Below are positions 21,367 to 29,949 of a stretch of 64,000 bases of DNA, piece by piece. The number at the start of each line of letters is the position of its first letter. The first letter of the stretch is position 1. The notes under the pieces are model-generated. The model saw nothing but the letters and a program-made list of their open reading frames with translations. It searched no databases and was not told the origin of the DNA. The stretch comes from Parcubacteria group bacterium GW2011_GWA2_48_9. Lineage in GTDB: Bacteria; Patescibacteriota; Patescibacteriia; UBA10025. A program made the position numbers and the translations under genes. The stretch spans positions 58,008 through 122,007 of the forward strand of contig LCPQ01000001.1 in assembly GCA_001003705.1 (NCBI GenBank), in the 5' to 3' direction.

Positions 21367-21592
21367 TGTCTTCATTCTCTATCCGAGCATTTTCAGCAAT
21401 TTCAGGAAAACTGGATTGAAGGTTTTCGCGCAGTACAACCGAATCTTCATCCTCCGTCATGCGCCCATCTTCTATAAACTCACTAATAACCTCGTCAATG
21501 AGTGACTCGAACTCTTCGTACGTTAATGAAGGGTTCTCCATCTTCTTCTGAATATTTTTGATTATCTCGGTGGTTAGTTCTGGTGCTTCCAT
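21359..21592 (-). CDS. Small highly acidic hypothetical protein
   Basis: 77 aa with 22 D/E versus 6 K/R; coupled between xseB and translin. Confidence 0.7.
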   Translation of the reverse strand: MEAPELTTEIIKNIQKKMENPSLTYEEFESLIDEVISEFIEDGRMTEDEDSVVLRENLQSSFPEIAENARIENEDNV

Positions 21593-21596
21593 GGTC

Positions 21597-21815
21597 TTAT
21601 GCGTTATCTCCGTTTTGTTCAAACTTTTTCTTGATATTTTCGATCTTATTTTCCACTTCTTTAAGCTTTGTCTTTAGTTTTTGAGCAATCGCTAAACCTT
21701 CTTCAAATTTTTTCAACCCCTCATCAATTTCAATATCGCCGCGTTCAAATTCAGTGGCAATTTTTTCCAGGTCATCAAAGAGCTTCCCGAAACTTGTTGC
21801 TAGCTGTTTTGGCAT
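21597..21815 (-). CDS. xseB: Exodeoxyribonuclease VII small subunit
   Basis: LEKI...IDEGLKKFEEG...VENKI pattern; downstream of xseA. Confidence 0.9.
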   Translation of the reverse strand: MPKQLATSFGKLFDDLEKIATEFERGDIEIDEGLKKFEEGLAIAQKLKTKLKEVENKIENIKKKFEQNGDNA

Positions 21816-21817
21816 AA

Positions 21818-22987
21818 CTAGGTTACTTGTGAAATTACTTCACCCTTAGCAAGGCGTGTAGACAGTATATCACCCTTTACAGTATCCTGAGAACCCTTCA
21901 GGACTTTACCACCTTTTCGGGTAACACTGTACCCCCTGTCGAGAGTGGACTGCGGAGACAGTGTCCTCACAAGACGCTCGAGATGCTGAACTTTCTCATA
22001 CTTTTTACGAATAGCATAATCGAATTCCCGGAACGAAGTAATGAATCGCTGGTACACATTTTGTGCTTTTTCCGTTTGCGAGCGCATCATAGTTTCGAGA
22101 AGTCCTAATGAACGCTGTGCCCGATCCTGGTATCTTTCGATCGTTTCTCGAAGGCCATCCTCTAGCGAAGCTGCGAGTGTTTCGATTTGAAAAAGGATTT
22201 CCCTTCTGTCAGGGACCACCCGTTCTGCGGCATTCGATGGTGTGGACGCACGGACATCAGCGACCAAATCAGCGATTGTCCAGTCGCGTTCGTGCCCAAC
22301 ACCACACACAACGGGAACTCGCGAACCAAATATGGCCCGAGCAAGATCCTCGGAGTTAAACGACTGGAGATCCTCCAGAGACCCACCTCCACGCGTTAAT
22401 ATTATTGCGTCCACTTCTTTTACGCTACTGAGATATCTCAGCGCCTTTACAATCGATGAGATAGAGCCAGGGCCTTGAACCCCTACGGGCGCGAACTGAA
22501 TAGTCACTCCGCTCCAACGATTGTTCATGACACGAACTACATCTGTGTATGCTGCTGCGTCAGGCGACGTAATAAGTCCTACTATATGAGGAAAACGGGG
22601 CAACGCCCGTTTGCGCTCCTCCGCGAATAGTCCTTCTTTTTCGAGCTTGTCTTTCAACATGAGCAGCGCCTTATTCAGGGCGCCTTTTCCGACCAATTCA
22701 ATTTCTCGTACGCGCACATGGAATCCGCCACTTTTTTTAAAGAGTGATGCGTTTCCATGAACTCGAATTTCCATGCCGTCCTCGAGGATAGTATGGAGAT
22801 CATATTTCATCATGAAACAGACTACCCTTGAAGATTCGTCTTTTAGTTCGAAAAAAATGAGTCGTTCTTGTGCGAGGCGGTACCCTGTCACTTCCCCTTG
22901 GATAGACACGTTGCCTAATCCATCCTCCAGGTACTCCTTGATCGCGGAGACAAACTCCGACACAGAATAGACCTTGTTTGCACTCAT
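21818..22987 (-). CDS. xseA: Exodeoxyribonuclease VII large subunit
   Basis: RGGGSLEDL, GVGHERD, TPSNAAE, TLDRGYS motifs. Confidence 0.96.
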   Translation of the reverse strand: MSANKVYSVSEFVSAIKEYLEDGLGNVSIQGEVTGYRLAQERLIFFELKDESSRVVCFMMKYDLHTILEDGMEIRVHGNASLFKKSGGFHVRVREIELVGKGALNKALLMLKDKLEKEGLFAEERKRALPRFPHIVGLITSPDAAAYTDVVRVMNNRWSGVTIQFAPVGVQGPGSISSIVKALRYLSSVKEVDAIILTRGGGSLEDLQSFNSEDLARAIFGSRVPVVCGVGHERDWTIADLVADVRASTPSNAAERVVPDRREILFQIETLAASLEDGLRETIERYQDRAQRSLGLLETMMRSQTEKAQNVYQRFITSFREFDYAIRKKYEKVQHLERLVRTLSPQSTLDRGYSVTRKGGKVLKGSQDTVKGDILSTRLAKGEVISQVT

Positions 22988-23021
22988 ACCTATAGGGTAC
23001 CAAAAAGTGCGCTCCGTGTCA

Positions 23022-23089
23022 TTGACAGTAACACTACTACATGGTACAAACGATCCAATCGCTCTGTATTCAACTTAAAAGGAGGAGGT
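23022..23089 (+). promoter_or_regulatory. Promoter TTGACA-N17-TACAAA and strong SD (AAAGGAGGAGG) for the NUDIX gene
   Basis: TTGACA 23022-23027, TACAAA 23045-23050, SD just before GTG 23092. Confidence 0.55.
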
Positions 23090-23091
23090 GC

Positions 23092-23571
23092 GTGGAAACT
23101 ATCAGAATGACCGTGTGCTTCCCTCTTACGGGAACGCACATTTGGCTTGGTAAAAAGAAACGCAGTTTCGGCAGCGGACTCTGGAACGGATTTGGCGGAC
23201 GCCAAAAACTCGGTGAAACGATCCGGGAAACTGCGAAACGTGAGTCGCACGAAGAGGCAGGTATTATGCTTATCCGCATGAAACGGGTAGCTGTAATTCG
23301 CTTTGTCTTTCGGCAAACACGGATTGCGTGCGAGGTCCACTATCACCTCTCTACTCAGTGGAGAGGTGTACCCGTCGAGACGGAAGAAATGTTTCCAGCC
23401 ATATTCGAAATCGACGACATCCCTTACGGGACTATGTGGCCAGCGGACAAATTGTATCTGCCTGTCGTGCTATCCGGAGGACTCTGGGTCGGGACATGCA
23501 TCTACAGCGACCCCGTAAAACGGCGACTCATTCGCCTTGATCTTTCAGAAACCAAGAGGCTTCCATACTGA
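23092..23571 (+). CDS. NUDIX hydrolase, MTH1/8-oxo-dGTPase-like
   Basis: KKRSFGSGLWNGFGG, Nudix box RESHEEAG, ETEEM, MWPAD motifs. Confidence 0.85.
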   Translation: METIRMTVCFPLTGTHIWLGKKKRSFGSGLWNGFGGRQKLGETIRETAKRESHEEAGIMLIRMKRVAVIRFVFRQTRIACEVHYHLSTQWRGVPVETEEMFPAIFEIDDIPYGTMWPADKLYLPVVLSGGLWVGTCIYSDPVKRRLIRLDLSETKRLPY

Positions 23572-23580
23572 CAGACGTCT

Positions 23581-23612
23581 GAGGCCCCGCATCAACTGTT
23601 GGGGTCTTTTTC
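23581..23612 (+). terminator. Rho-independent terminator
   Basis: GAGGCCCC...GGGGTCTTTTT after the NUDIX stop. Confidence 0.7.
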
Positions 23613-24431
23613 TTATTCCGGAGCGTTTTCTCCACTTCTCACTCTTTCTTTCTGTCTTAAGGAAATAATATACACTACAAAAAATATTGGCGTCATAATC
23701 GCCAAAAAAGGAATAAGAAACTCATCAGATGTAAGAAAGTAACCCGTAATGATTAAACCGACTGTTTGCGCAACTACGAGAATCATCGCAGAAACCTTCC
23801 CAAAATCTCGAAACAAAATAAGGGTGAAAAGAACAAGAAACATGAAGTCACCGCTTCCTAAGCTGATATTTCCAACTGACACGGATGGGAAAAGAAAATT
23901 TGGCCTCGTTGTCTGGACAGGAACGGTAAAGGTTGGTAATACAAATTCAGTCAAAATTATGTCGTAGGCCGTCCATAGAATTGCTATAGCACATAGTACC
24001 TTAGTGCGGAGGTAGTCCATGCGGATGAGCAGTGTCGCCGCGCCAAACGTTACGAGAATGACTATCACACCCAAAAGCCAAAAAGATGGAAATAGAAGAT
24101 ACGATCCAAAAATGACCCCCGAGCCGACAAGTCCAGCAAGAATTGAGAGAAAGTTCGATTGCAGCCATCTCATTGCGAACAGGAAAAAGGATTCAAAAAG
24201 CAGCAATGCAAAAAGCGTCATGAAAATACGGGAAGGACCTGGAATACCTCCCGAAGTAGAAATGAGGTACCAGACCACGACGCCAATCACCAGAGCGAGA
24301 AAGACTGAGGGAAGACTGACTTTATTTGGAAGTCGACGTTTCAATTCTTCCTTCGTTGGCACCTCGCGGTAATACCAAATCGCGAGAAAACCCGCCAGGA
24401 GAAAAATTGCGGCGAGAATTACGAAGTCCAC
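23613..24431 (-). CDS. Presenilin/signal-peptide-peptidase-like GxGD intramembrane aspartyl protease
   Basis: Polytopic membrane protein with AYD, LGSGD and C-terminal PFL (PAL-like) motifs. Confidence 0.7.
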   Translation of the reverse strand: MDFVILAAIFLLAGFLAIWYYREVPTKEELKRRLPNKVSLPSVFLALVIGVVVWYLISTSGGIPGPSRIFMTLFALLLFESFFLFAMRWLQSNFLSILAGLVGSGVIFGSYLLFPSFWLLGVIVILVTFGAATLLIRMDYLRTKVLCAIAILWTAYDIILTEFVLPTFTVPVQTTRPNFLFPSVSVGNISLGSGDFMFLVLFTLILFRDFGKVSAMILVVAQTVGLIITGYFLTSDEFLIPFLAIMTPIFFVVYIISLRQKERVRSGENAPE

Positions 24432-24501
24432 AAATTTAGAGAATCTTTTTAACCACCATTGTTAATACGTGGGATACAGTATACGACACACTCGTAGAAG
24501 C

Positions 24502-25206
24502 TCAAAATGAGGATAAAGACTTCAAGATTAATTCAAACCAAAGTCGATGGCCTTCGGGATTCGGATGATATTTATCTGGAGCGAAAATATGCATTCCCGG
24601 AGGAGCATAGGGAATTATATGGGTAACATTTGAATATTTCTCGCATGTTTCAGCCAAAATCGTAGCATACCGATGTTCACGGAAACGCATAATCATCCGG
24701 TGTCCACCAATGAGCGCGGGTAACTCAGACATTTTTGCAGGACCAGCGATGACCACCTGTTTGGCAACAGCAGAGTATGCATCAAGCACTTCGCGTGTGG
24801 CCAGGGCAAATCTACGCAGGGGAGTAAACTTATACACATCGTTCGAAGATACGATAAGAACCACCAGGTCGTACCTTTCATCTGGTGCGCCCTGGTTAGC
24901 GAGGTCGATCATTCGTACGCCCGGTTTCCCCTTGTTTACAACAGTTACATAATGAGTGGTACTGAAATGCTGAGCAAGCAACCCTGCTATTGTTTGCTCT
25001 GGAGTGTAAGCTCCGACACCAGCGGCAACACTGTCTCCATGGACAAGTATTTTCATCTGTGAATTTGATAGGTCGCCCATGACTATAGTTCCACGGTGAG
25101 TAAGGCGCGAAACCCCCCATATCCGAAACAAATAATAACCAGAAGATGCTACCCGTATACACAGGTAGAACAGGATGCCAAACCCAAGATAAGTTACAAC
25201 CTCCAT
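24502..25206 (-). CDS. SGNH/GDSL hydrolase
   Basis: HGDSVAAG, SSND and DKYHP motifs. Confidence 0.85.
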   Translation of the reverse strand: MEVVTYLGFGILFYLCIRVASSGYYLFRIWGVSRLTHRGTIVMGDLSNSQMKILVHGDSVAAGVGAYTPEQTIAGLLAQHFSTTHYVTVVNKGKPGVRMIDLANQGAPDERYDLVVLIVSSNDVYKFTPLRRFALATREVLDAYSAVAKQVVIAGPAKMSELPALIGGHRMIMRFREHRYATILAETCEKYSNVTHIIPYAPPGMHIFAPDKYHPNPEGHRLWFELILKSLSSF

Positions 25207-25239
25207 ATGATTGCTATAACGAAAAAAAATAAACGCGTC

Positions 25240-25926
25240 CTACTGTATGGAAGTTCTGAGTTTGTTCAAGAGCTTACTTCCATTCGCACAGAGGAATCGA
25301 TGATCGGTATCAACGACCCGTCGACCATCGAAATCACAGAAACGCGCACCCGCCTCTTTCGAGCCATGGCGAGTCAGCCTGGAAATGATATCATGATTAC
25401 GTGGTCCTGATGAACGATAACTTGCCATGAAAGCGATCGTCGAGTGCGAAAGTTCGCGCACCTTATTTACATGGAGGCGACGATTGCCTACATACGCACC
25501 TTGTCCTCGAATTGCAGAGTACGTCGTATGTAGTAATGGATGGTAGATTACTGAAGCGAGAAGCATTTTCCTATAGAGCAGCGCTATCGGTACTGTAAAG
25601 TTCGGAATACCGATAACAAAATTATACGTTCCATCGAGGGGATCAACTACCACAGTAAAATCGGAGTGCCTGCTCAACATCCCGGCTTCTTCTGAAATAA
25701 TGTTATATTTTGGAAATTTCCGAGTAAGTACGCTTAAAATTGCCGATTCCGACCCGAGGTCCGCTCGTGTGACGAAATCGCTCTCGTGTGTTTTCTTTTT
25801 TTGTCGAAGCTCTTCGCCAAAGTAACCACGCACTACTCTTCCGCCAGCTTCGGCAGCGCTCACCATGACCCGGAGAGACCGCCTCACAGTTTGCAGTGAT
25901 ATTTCGGCTGAAAAAATAGTACTCAT
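25240..25926 (-). CDS. Inositol monophosphatase family protein (SuhB-like) with apparent internal deletion
   Basis: DFVTRAD, SEE, VVDPLDGT present; second motif (W/Y-D-x-A-A-G) missing, HGSK joins directly to EAGA. Confidence 0.8.
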   Translation of the reverse strand: MSTIFSAEISLQTVRRSLRVMVSAAEAGGRVVRGYFGEELRQKKKTHESDFVTRADLGSESAILSVLTRKFPKYNIISEEAGMLSRHSDFTVVVDPLDGTYNFVIGIPNFTVPIALLYRKMLLASVIYHPLLHTTYSAIRGQGAYVGNRRLHVNKVRELSHSTIAFMASYRSSGPRNHDIISRLTRHGSKEAGARFCDFDGRRVVDTDHRFLCANGSKLLNKLRTSIQ

Positions 25927-25966
25927 AACAACTTGAGTAGACTAGGAAAGTTGAATCTTCATGAAT

Positions 25967-27691
25967 CTACCAGCTCCCTCCGCCGCCGCCGCCGAAACCA
26001 CCGCCAGAAAATCCGCCGCCGCCGAAACCGGATGATCCGCCCCCGGCACTCGATGGATGTGATGACATTGTGGAATTCAGATTTGAGGACATGTCAGACA
26101 TTACAGAGGCGAAGATTACTGCATTAAAAACACCAGCGCCCGATCCCTCATACCACTCAGGCTGCGCTTTGTAAATATCTGCAAACTGACCCGCCCATTG
26201 CTTTTCCACTCCTAGCGACATGGCATAGGGAAGGAAGTGTTCGAACTGTTCTGGCGTTCTGCCTGGAGGATTATAAAACTTTAAACGCTCCTTCTCCGTG
26301 ACTGACAGGAACCATTTAAAACCCTGGATGTGCTCTTTTACTTCGGCGCCAAAAAGTGTCTTAGCAGGCATGATCCATCCATAGAAACAGACAAGAGCGC
26401 CAGTGATCACCCCAACTACCACCATCCAGCCTGAAAAGCCTGGCAGTAAAAACAACGAAATCCCTAAGATTACCAACCCGACTGTTAGATAACGCTTTCT
26501 AATCGCATCAGGATTATGTAGGTAGTATTTTTTTTGCACCAAACTCTCATACATAGCCTTCTTGATATCAGGCAAATGCTTGTAAAATTTATTCTTTAAG
26601 TCGCTCATCTCAACACTCTCCCCCACCTTCCTGTTACCAAACAGCGATTCAAATATCTCTTTTTCGGCAGCATCGAGACCCACATCTTCTTCTTTCAGTT
26701 TAGTAAATGCAAAATCCTTTTTGCCCTTCTGTGCAATTTTTACGTACCCTTTCACTGCCATACCTACAATTGCCGCTGAAATATCTTTCAGGTCAGCTCG
26801 CTCATCCCACAGTGAACCCAGCACCGCCGTACTCATGTTTTCTGGGGGTTCATACATGGGGATTACTGGCTGTCGCGCTTTCGGATCACGTCCCTTGAGG
26901 TACCAATGTCGGTGAAGTAATGCCCAAACAATGAGCGGAATAAACGCATACCAATTGTCATAAAGAAAATCGGCTACACTTTGTAAAATCGGAGGCTTCT
27001 TAATCACTCCTTTCGGCAGTCCGACAACGATAGTAAGTCCCTCTCCTGCATTAAACGCGCTGTCTGATTGAAAACTAACTACGCCAGCCGTAGAGACATC
27101 ATAACTGCAATCAGAAGCTGCTGATCCATTCGGACCAGTGTAGCAGGCATGTCGTATGTCAGTCGCGGGTATGCTCTGGGGTAAAAAGACCACCGCAGAC
27201 GATTGTTTTATCGAAACAAGCCATTCGTTCCCAGTGACGTTCCAATACAACTCATCATGATCGTCAAAAAAGTTTACCCCCCGACGAATTTTGTAAACGA
27301 TTTTGTAGTGGCGAACTCCATCTACAAAAACATTCGGATCACCTATCTTAATCGAAACCTTTCCTCCTGACCGAGAAGTTGAAAACTGCTGTTCAGCACC
27401 GAGCCCATCTGTCACAGAGAGCACGTCCAGCCGAAGAGAATACTTAGCTCCATTGCGCGTGTACTGGTACGGAATGTCGCGAAAAATGCCGTGACGTTCG
27501 AGTACGCCGAAATCATACGTGATTTCCTCTGTAACTACCAGTGAGCTGTCTTTGTGAATAACAATTGAGGCCGAAAAATCACTCACATGCTCCTCACTAG
27601 TTTGCGCGTTCGCGGTAAACGGTACAAGCATGCCACAGAAGACGACCAATACAGCTGTCAGCAAGATCTTCTTTGTAGCTATGTATTCCAT
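25967..27691 (-). CDS. DUF2207 family membrane protein
   Basis: HGIFRDIP, ELYWNVTG, LPYAMSLGV motifs and Gly-rich GGGGGGSW C-terminus. Confidence 0.9.
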   Translation of the reverse strand: MEYIATKKILLTAVLVVFCGMLVPFTANAQTSEEHVSDFSASIVIHKDSSLVVTEEITYDFGVLERHGIFRDIPYQYTRNGAKYSLRLDVLSVTDGLGAEQQFSTSRSGGKVSIKIGDPNVFVDGVRHYKIVYKIRRGVNFFDDHDELYWNVTGNEWLVSIKQSSAVVFLPQSIPATDIRHACYTGPNGSAASDCSYDVSTAGVVSFQSDSAFNAGEGLTIVVGLPKGVIKKPPILQSVADFLYDNWYAFIPLIVWALLHRHWYLKGRDPKARQPVIPMYEPPENMSTAVLGSLWDERADLKDISAAIVGMAVKGYVKIAQKGKKDFAFTKLKEEDVGLDAAEKEIFESLFGNRKVGESVEMSDLKNKFYKHLPDIKKAMYESLVQKKYYLHNPDAIRKRYLTVGLVILGISLFLLPGFSGWMVVVGVITGALVCFYGWIMPAKTLFGAEVKEHIQGFKWFLSVTEKERLKFYNPPGRTPEQFEHFLPYAMSLGVEKQWAGQFADIYKAQPEWYEGSGAGVFNAVIFASVMSDMSSNLNSTMSSHPSSAGGGSSGFGGGGFSGGGFGGGGGGSW

Positions 27692-27945
27692 ACAAGCAGT
27701 ATATCACTTTTTGAGATGTTAGCACATAAATGGTTCGTGAATAGAGGGAAAAAACATTGCCAGATTAGGACACTTTCAGCCCCTTGACAAGAAGTATGGG
27801 CATGGGAGTAGACTAACGATGCCAGTAATATGGCACATTGACAGACCGAGAGAAACCCGGTTGGGTTTTGTTTTGCAGGGTTGACACCCTGCAGTAATAC
27901 CTACAGGTACCTAAACCAGTTTCCTTCAGTAAGGGGTGATGATGT

Positions 27946-28365
27946 ATGCAAAACGGATCAAGAATAACATGGACAAAGGTGGATACTTTGTTCGTGTTCC
28001 TGTCCGTATGGACTGTCGTGCAGTTTACGATGTGTCTGATGGAATTCCTCCACTGGGACAACTACGCTGTTCCATTGGAGATGCCACTCAGTTACTTCCT
28101 TCTCGTCATGATCTATGTGCTCCGAAAGGAAGTGGATCGGTGGCTCAAAAAGTCTTTGCGGAAACGCAAGGGCGAGTATTTCCTCCTGGGGTGGTGGCTT
28201 GCAATGCTCGTGATGTTTGTCATCGAGTTTATGACGCTAGGCCGCTACTCCGTACCTTCACGGATGGTCGAGACGTGCATCTGGGTCCTTATCCCATACT
28301 GCTTGTCTGCGCTCTCGAAAATCCTGCACACGTATTCATCAACGCGTAACGGACCACAACGGTAG
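27946..28365 (+). CDS. Four-TM hypothetical membrane protein
   Basis: SD-like AAGGGG upstream; two internal EF...Y.VP..M repeats. Confidence 0.7.
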   Translation: MQNGSRITWTKVDTLFVFLSVWTVVQFTMCLMEFLHWDNYAVPLEMPLSYFLLVMIYVLRKEVDRWLKKSLRKRKGEYFLLGWWLAMLVMFVIEFMTLGRYSVPSRMVETCIWVLIPYCLSALSKILHTYSSTRNGPQR

Positions 28366-28441
28366 TATCACACAGCGAGGGTTGAAAATGCACACAACCT
28401 CACCATGTCTGAGCCCCAACCAGTTTCATCGGTTTTTCAAA

Positions 28442-28485
28442 TGGCAGGAAGGATCTCGGCGTGTCTCCGAGTATCTTTCCTGCCA
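28442..28485. terminator. Long hairpin between convergent genes
   Basis: TGGCAGGAAGGATCTCGG / CCGAGTATCTTTCCTGCCA inverted repeat. Confidence 0.65.
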
Positions 28486-28519
28486 GTCAATGTTTTTGAT
28501 ACTAATTTGAGGAAGACGA

Positions 28520-29302
28520 TCAGGTGTTACCTGGTCGTTTTAGTGTGCTGCGTTCACGCAATACCGCAATAGAAAATTTGACTGTTGCCGTGAGGATTCG
28601 CGGAAATCTCCATGGCTGCTTGAGAAGTCGAAAAAACCACTCAAGACCAAGGGCGCGCACCCAACTAGGTGCCCTACGTATCGAGCCGGATACGTAGTCA
28701 AAAACACCACCGACACCCACGGCAATTTTTACCGTTGGTAGTCGAGAAAGTGCAGCAGCAATCCATTTCTCCTGTTTCGGATGGCCAAAGGCAACAAAAA
28801 TAACATCCGGCTTGACTTCGTTGATATAGCTTAATAGAAATGCTTGCTCATCAGCATCGATAACTATACGCGTGTCTTCGAGCAGTATATGCGGGCCGCT
28901 TGCAGCTCCAGCCACACGCAATAAGGGAAACTGCACTTTTAGCCGCTGTGCAGCCCTGTATGCTACGTGCTGATCTTTTCCACCAAGAAAGAAAACAGAC
29001 TTGCTATCCCGTTCGGCAATAAACAATAAATCGTGAAAAAGATCATACCCAGTGTAGCGCGAAGGGCGAGTCCCACTGATGAGACGTGTGGCGAGAACAA
29101 GCCCTGCGCCATCCACCGTAGTGAGTGATGAATTATTGATGAGCGCAAGAAATTCGGAGTCCTTTTGCGCCCACATAACCATCTCGGGGTTAAGGGTGAC
29201 AATATGGTGCTGGCCGCCTTTCAATAACCATGATTCAAGAAGATGGCGCACATCCTGCTTTGAAAAAGTATCAACTCGAGTGGAAAGAATATGCAGGCTC
29301 AT
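28520..29302 (-). CDS. WecB/TagA/CpsF family glycosyltransferase
   Basis: VTLNPE, DGAG, AFGHPKQEKW, GVGGVFD, RRAP, LEWFFRL motifs. Confidence 0.93.
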   Translation of the reverse strand: MSLHILSTRVDTFSKQDVRHLLESWLLKGGQHHIVTLNPEMVMWAQKDSEFLALINNSSLTTVDGAGLVLATRLISGTRPSRYTGYDLFHDLLFIAERDSKSVFFLGGKDQHVAYRAAQRLKVQFPLLRVAGAASGPHILLEDTRIVIDADEQAFLLSYINEVKPDVIFVAFGHPKQEKWIAAALSRLPTVKIAVGVGGVFDYVSGSIRRAPSWVRALGLEWFFRLLKQPWRFPRILTATVKFSIAVLRERSTLKRPGNT

Positions 29303-29841
29303 ATGAATATTTGCTTTACAAGCGTGTACACGGGGCCGTCAGTTGTAAGAGTGCTTTTCATAATGTCGATTGTATGTACCGGGCATGTTGCAGAAAAGTG
29401 TATCAATGAATACTGCACGGCATTCAGAACACCCGCGCGCGTACGCCCAATAGTCACATGGGGCCTGAATGGCTGCACATCAAGCGGTACCAATCCGAAT
29501 GCTTCTAGTCGTGTCGATAGTGCCGCAGTAAGTGAGTCGAGTAATACATTTTCCATGACAGAAAGTGCAACTACACGAGCTCTCTTTGCACTTGGCAAAA
29601 ACTCAAATTCCTGAATTTCGAGCTTAAAGGGACGAACGTCAGCTGTACATTTCGAAACAATATCTGATAGAGCTATAAGTTCGCTTTTTTCCACTTCACC
29701 GATAAATCGAAGGGTTACGTGGGCTTGTCTGGGATCCACCCAATGGACACCGGCCATCTTCACCTTTAAAACTCCGATCAGATCGCGGAGCTGCCTACGT
29801 ACAACTTCGGTAAGTGGGATGGAAATAAATACCCTTTTCAC
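29299..29841 (-). CDS. thpR: RNA 2',3'-cyclic phosphodiesterase (2'-5' RNA ligase family)
   Basis: Two HxT motifs (HVTL, PHVTIGR). Confidence 0.88.
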   Translation of the reverse strand: MKRVFISIPLTEVVRRQLRDLIGVLKVKMAGVHWVDPRQAHVTLRFIGEVEKSELIALSDIVSKCTADVRPFKLEIQEFEFLPSAKRARVVALSVMENVLLDSLTAALSTRLEAFGLVPLDVQPFRPHVTIGRTRAGVLNAVQYSLIHFSATCPVHTIDIMKSTLTTDGPVYTLVKQIFI

Positions 29842-29949
29842 GTTAAAATAGTATACCATGAGCACCAAATATCAGTCACCCATTCTACATCGACAAAAGG
29901 GGTTTTCCGTGATATACTCCTTGATGCGAAAAAATCACCTGATCGAAGC

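Noticed and set aside
25970-26050. GGC-rich tandem repeat
   Set aside because: Encodes the normal Gly-rich C-terminus of DUF2207 proteins.
27936-28349. 137-aa ORF overlapping the four-TM gene in another frame
   Set aside because: The 27946 frame has the coherent TM pattern and internal repeat; this frame shows no motifs.
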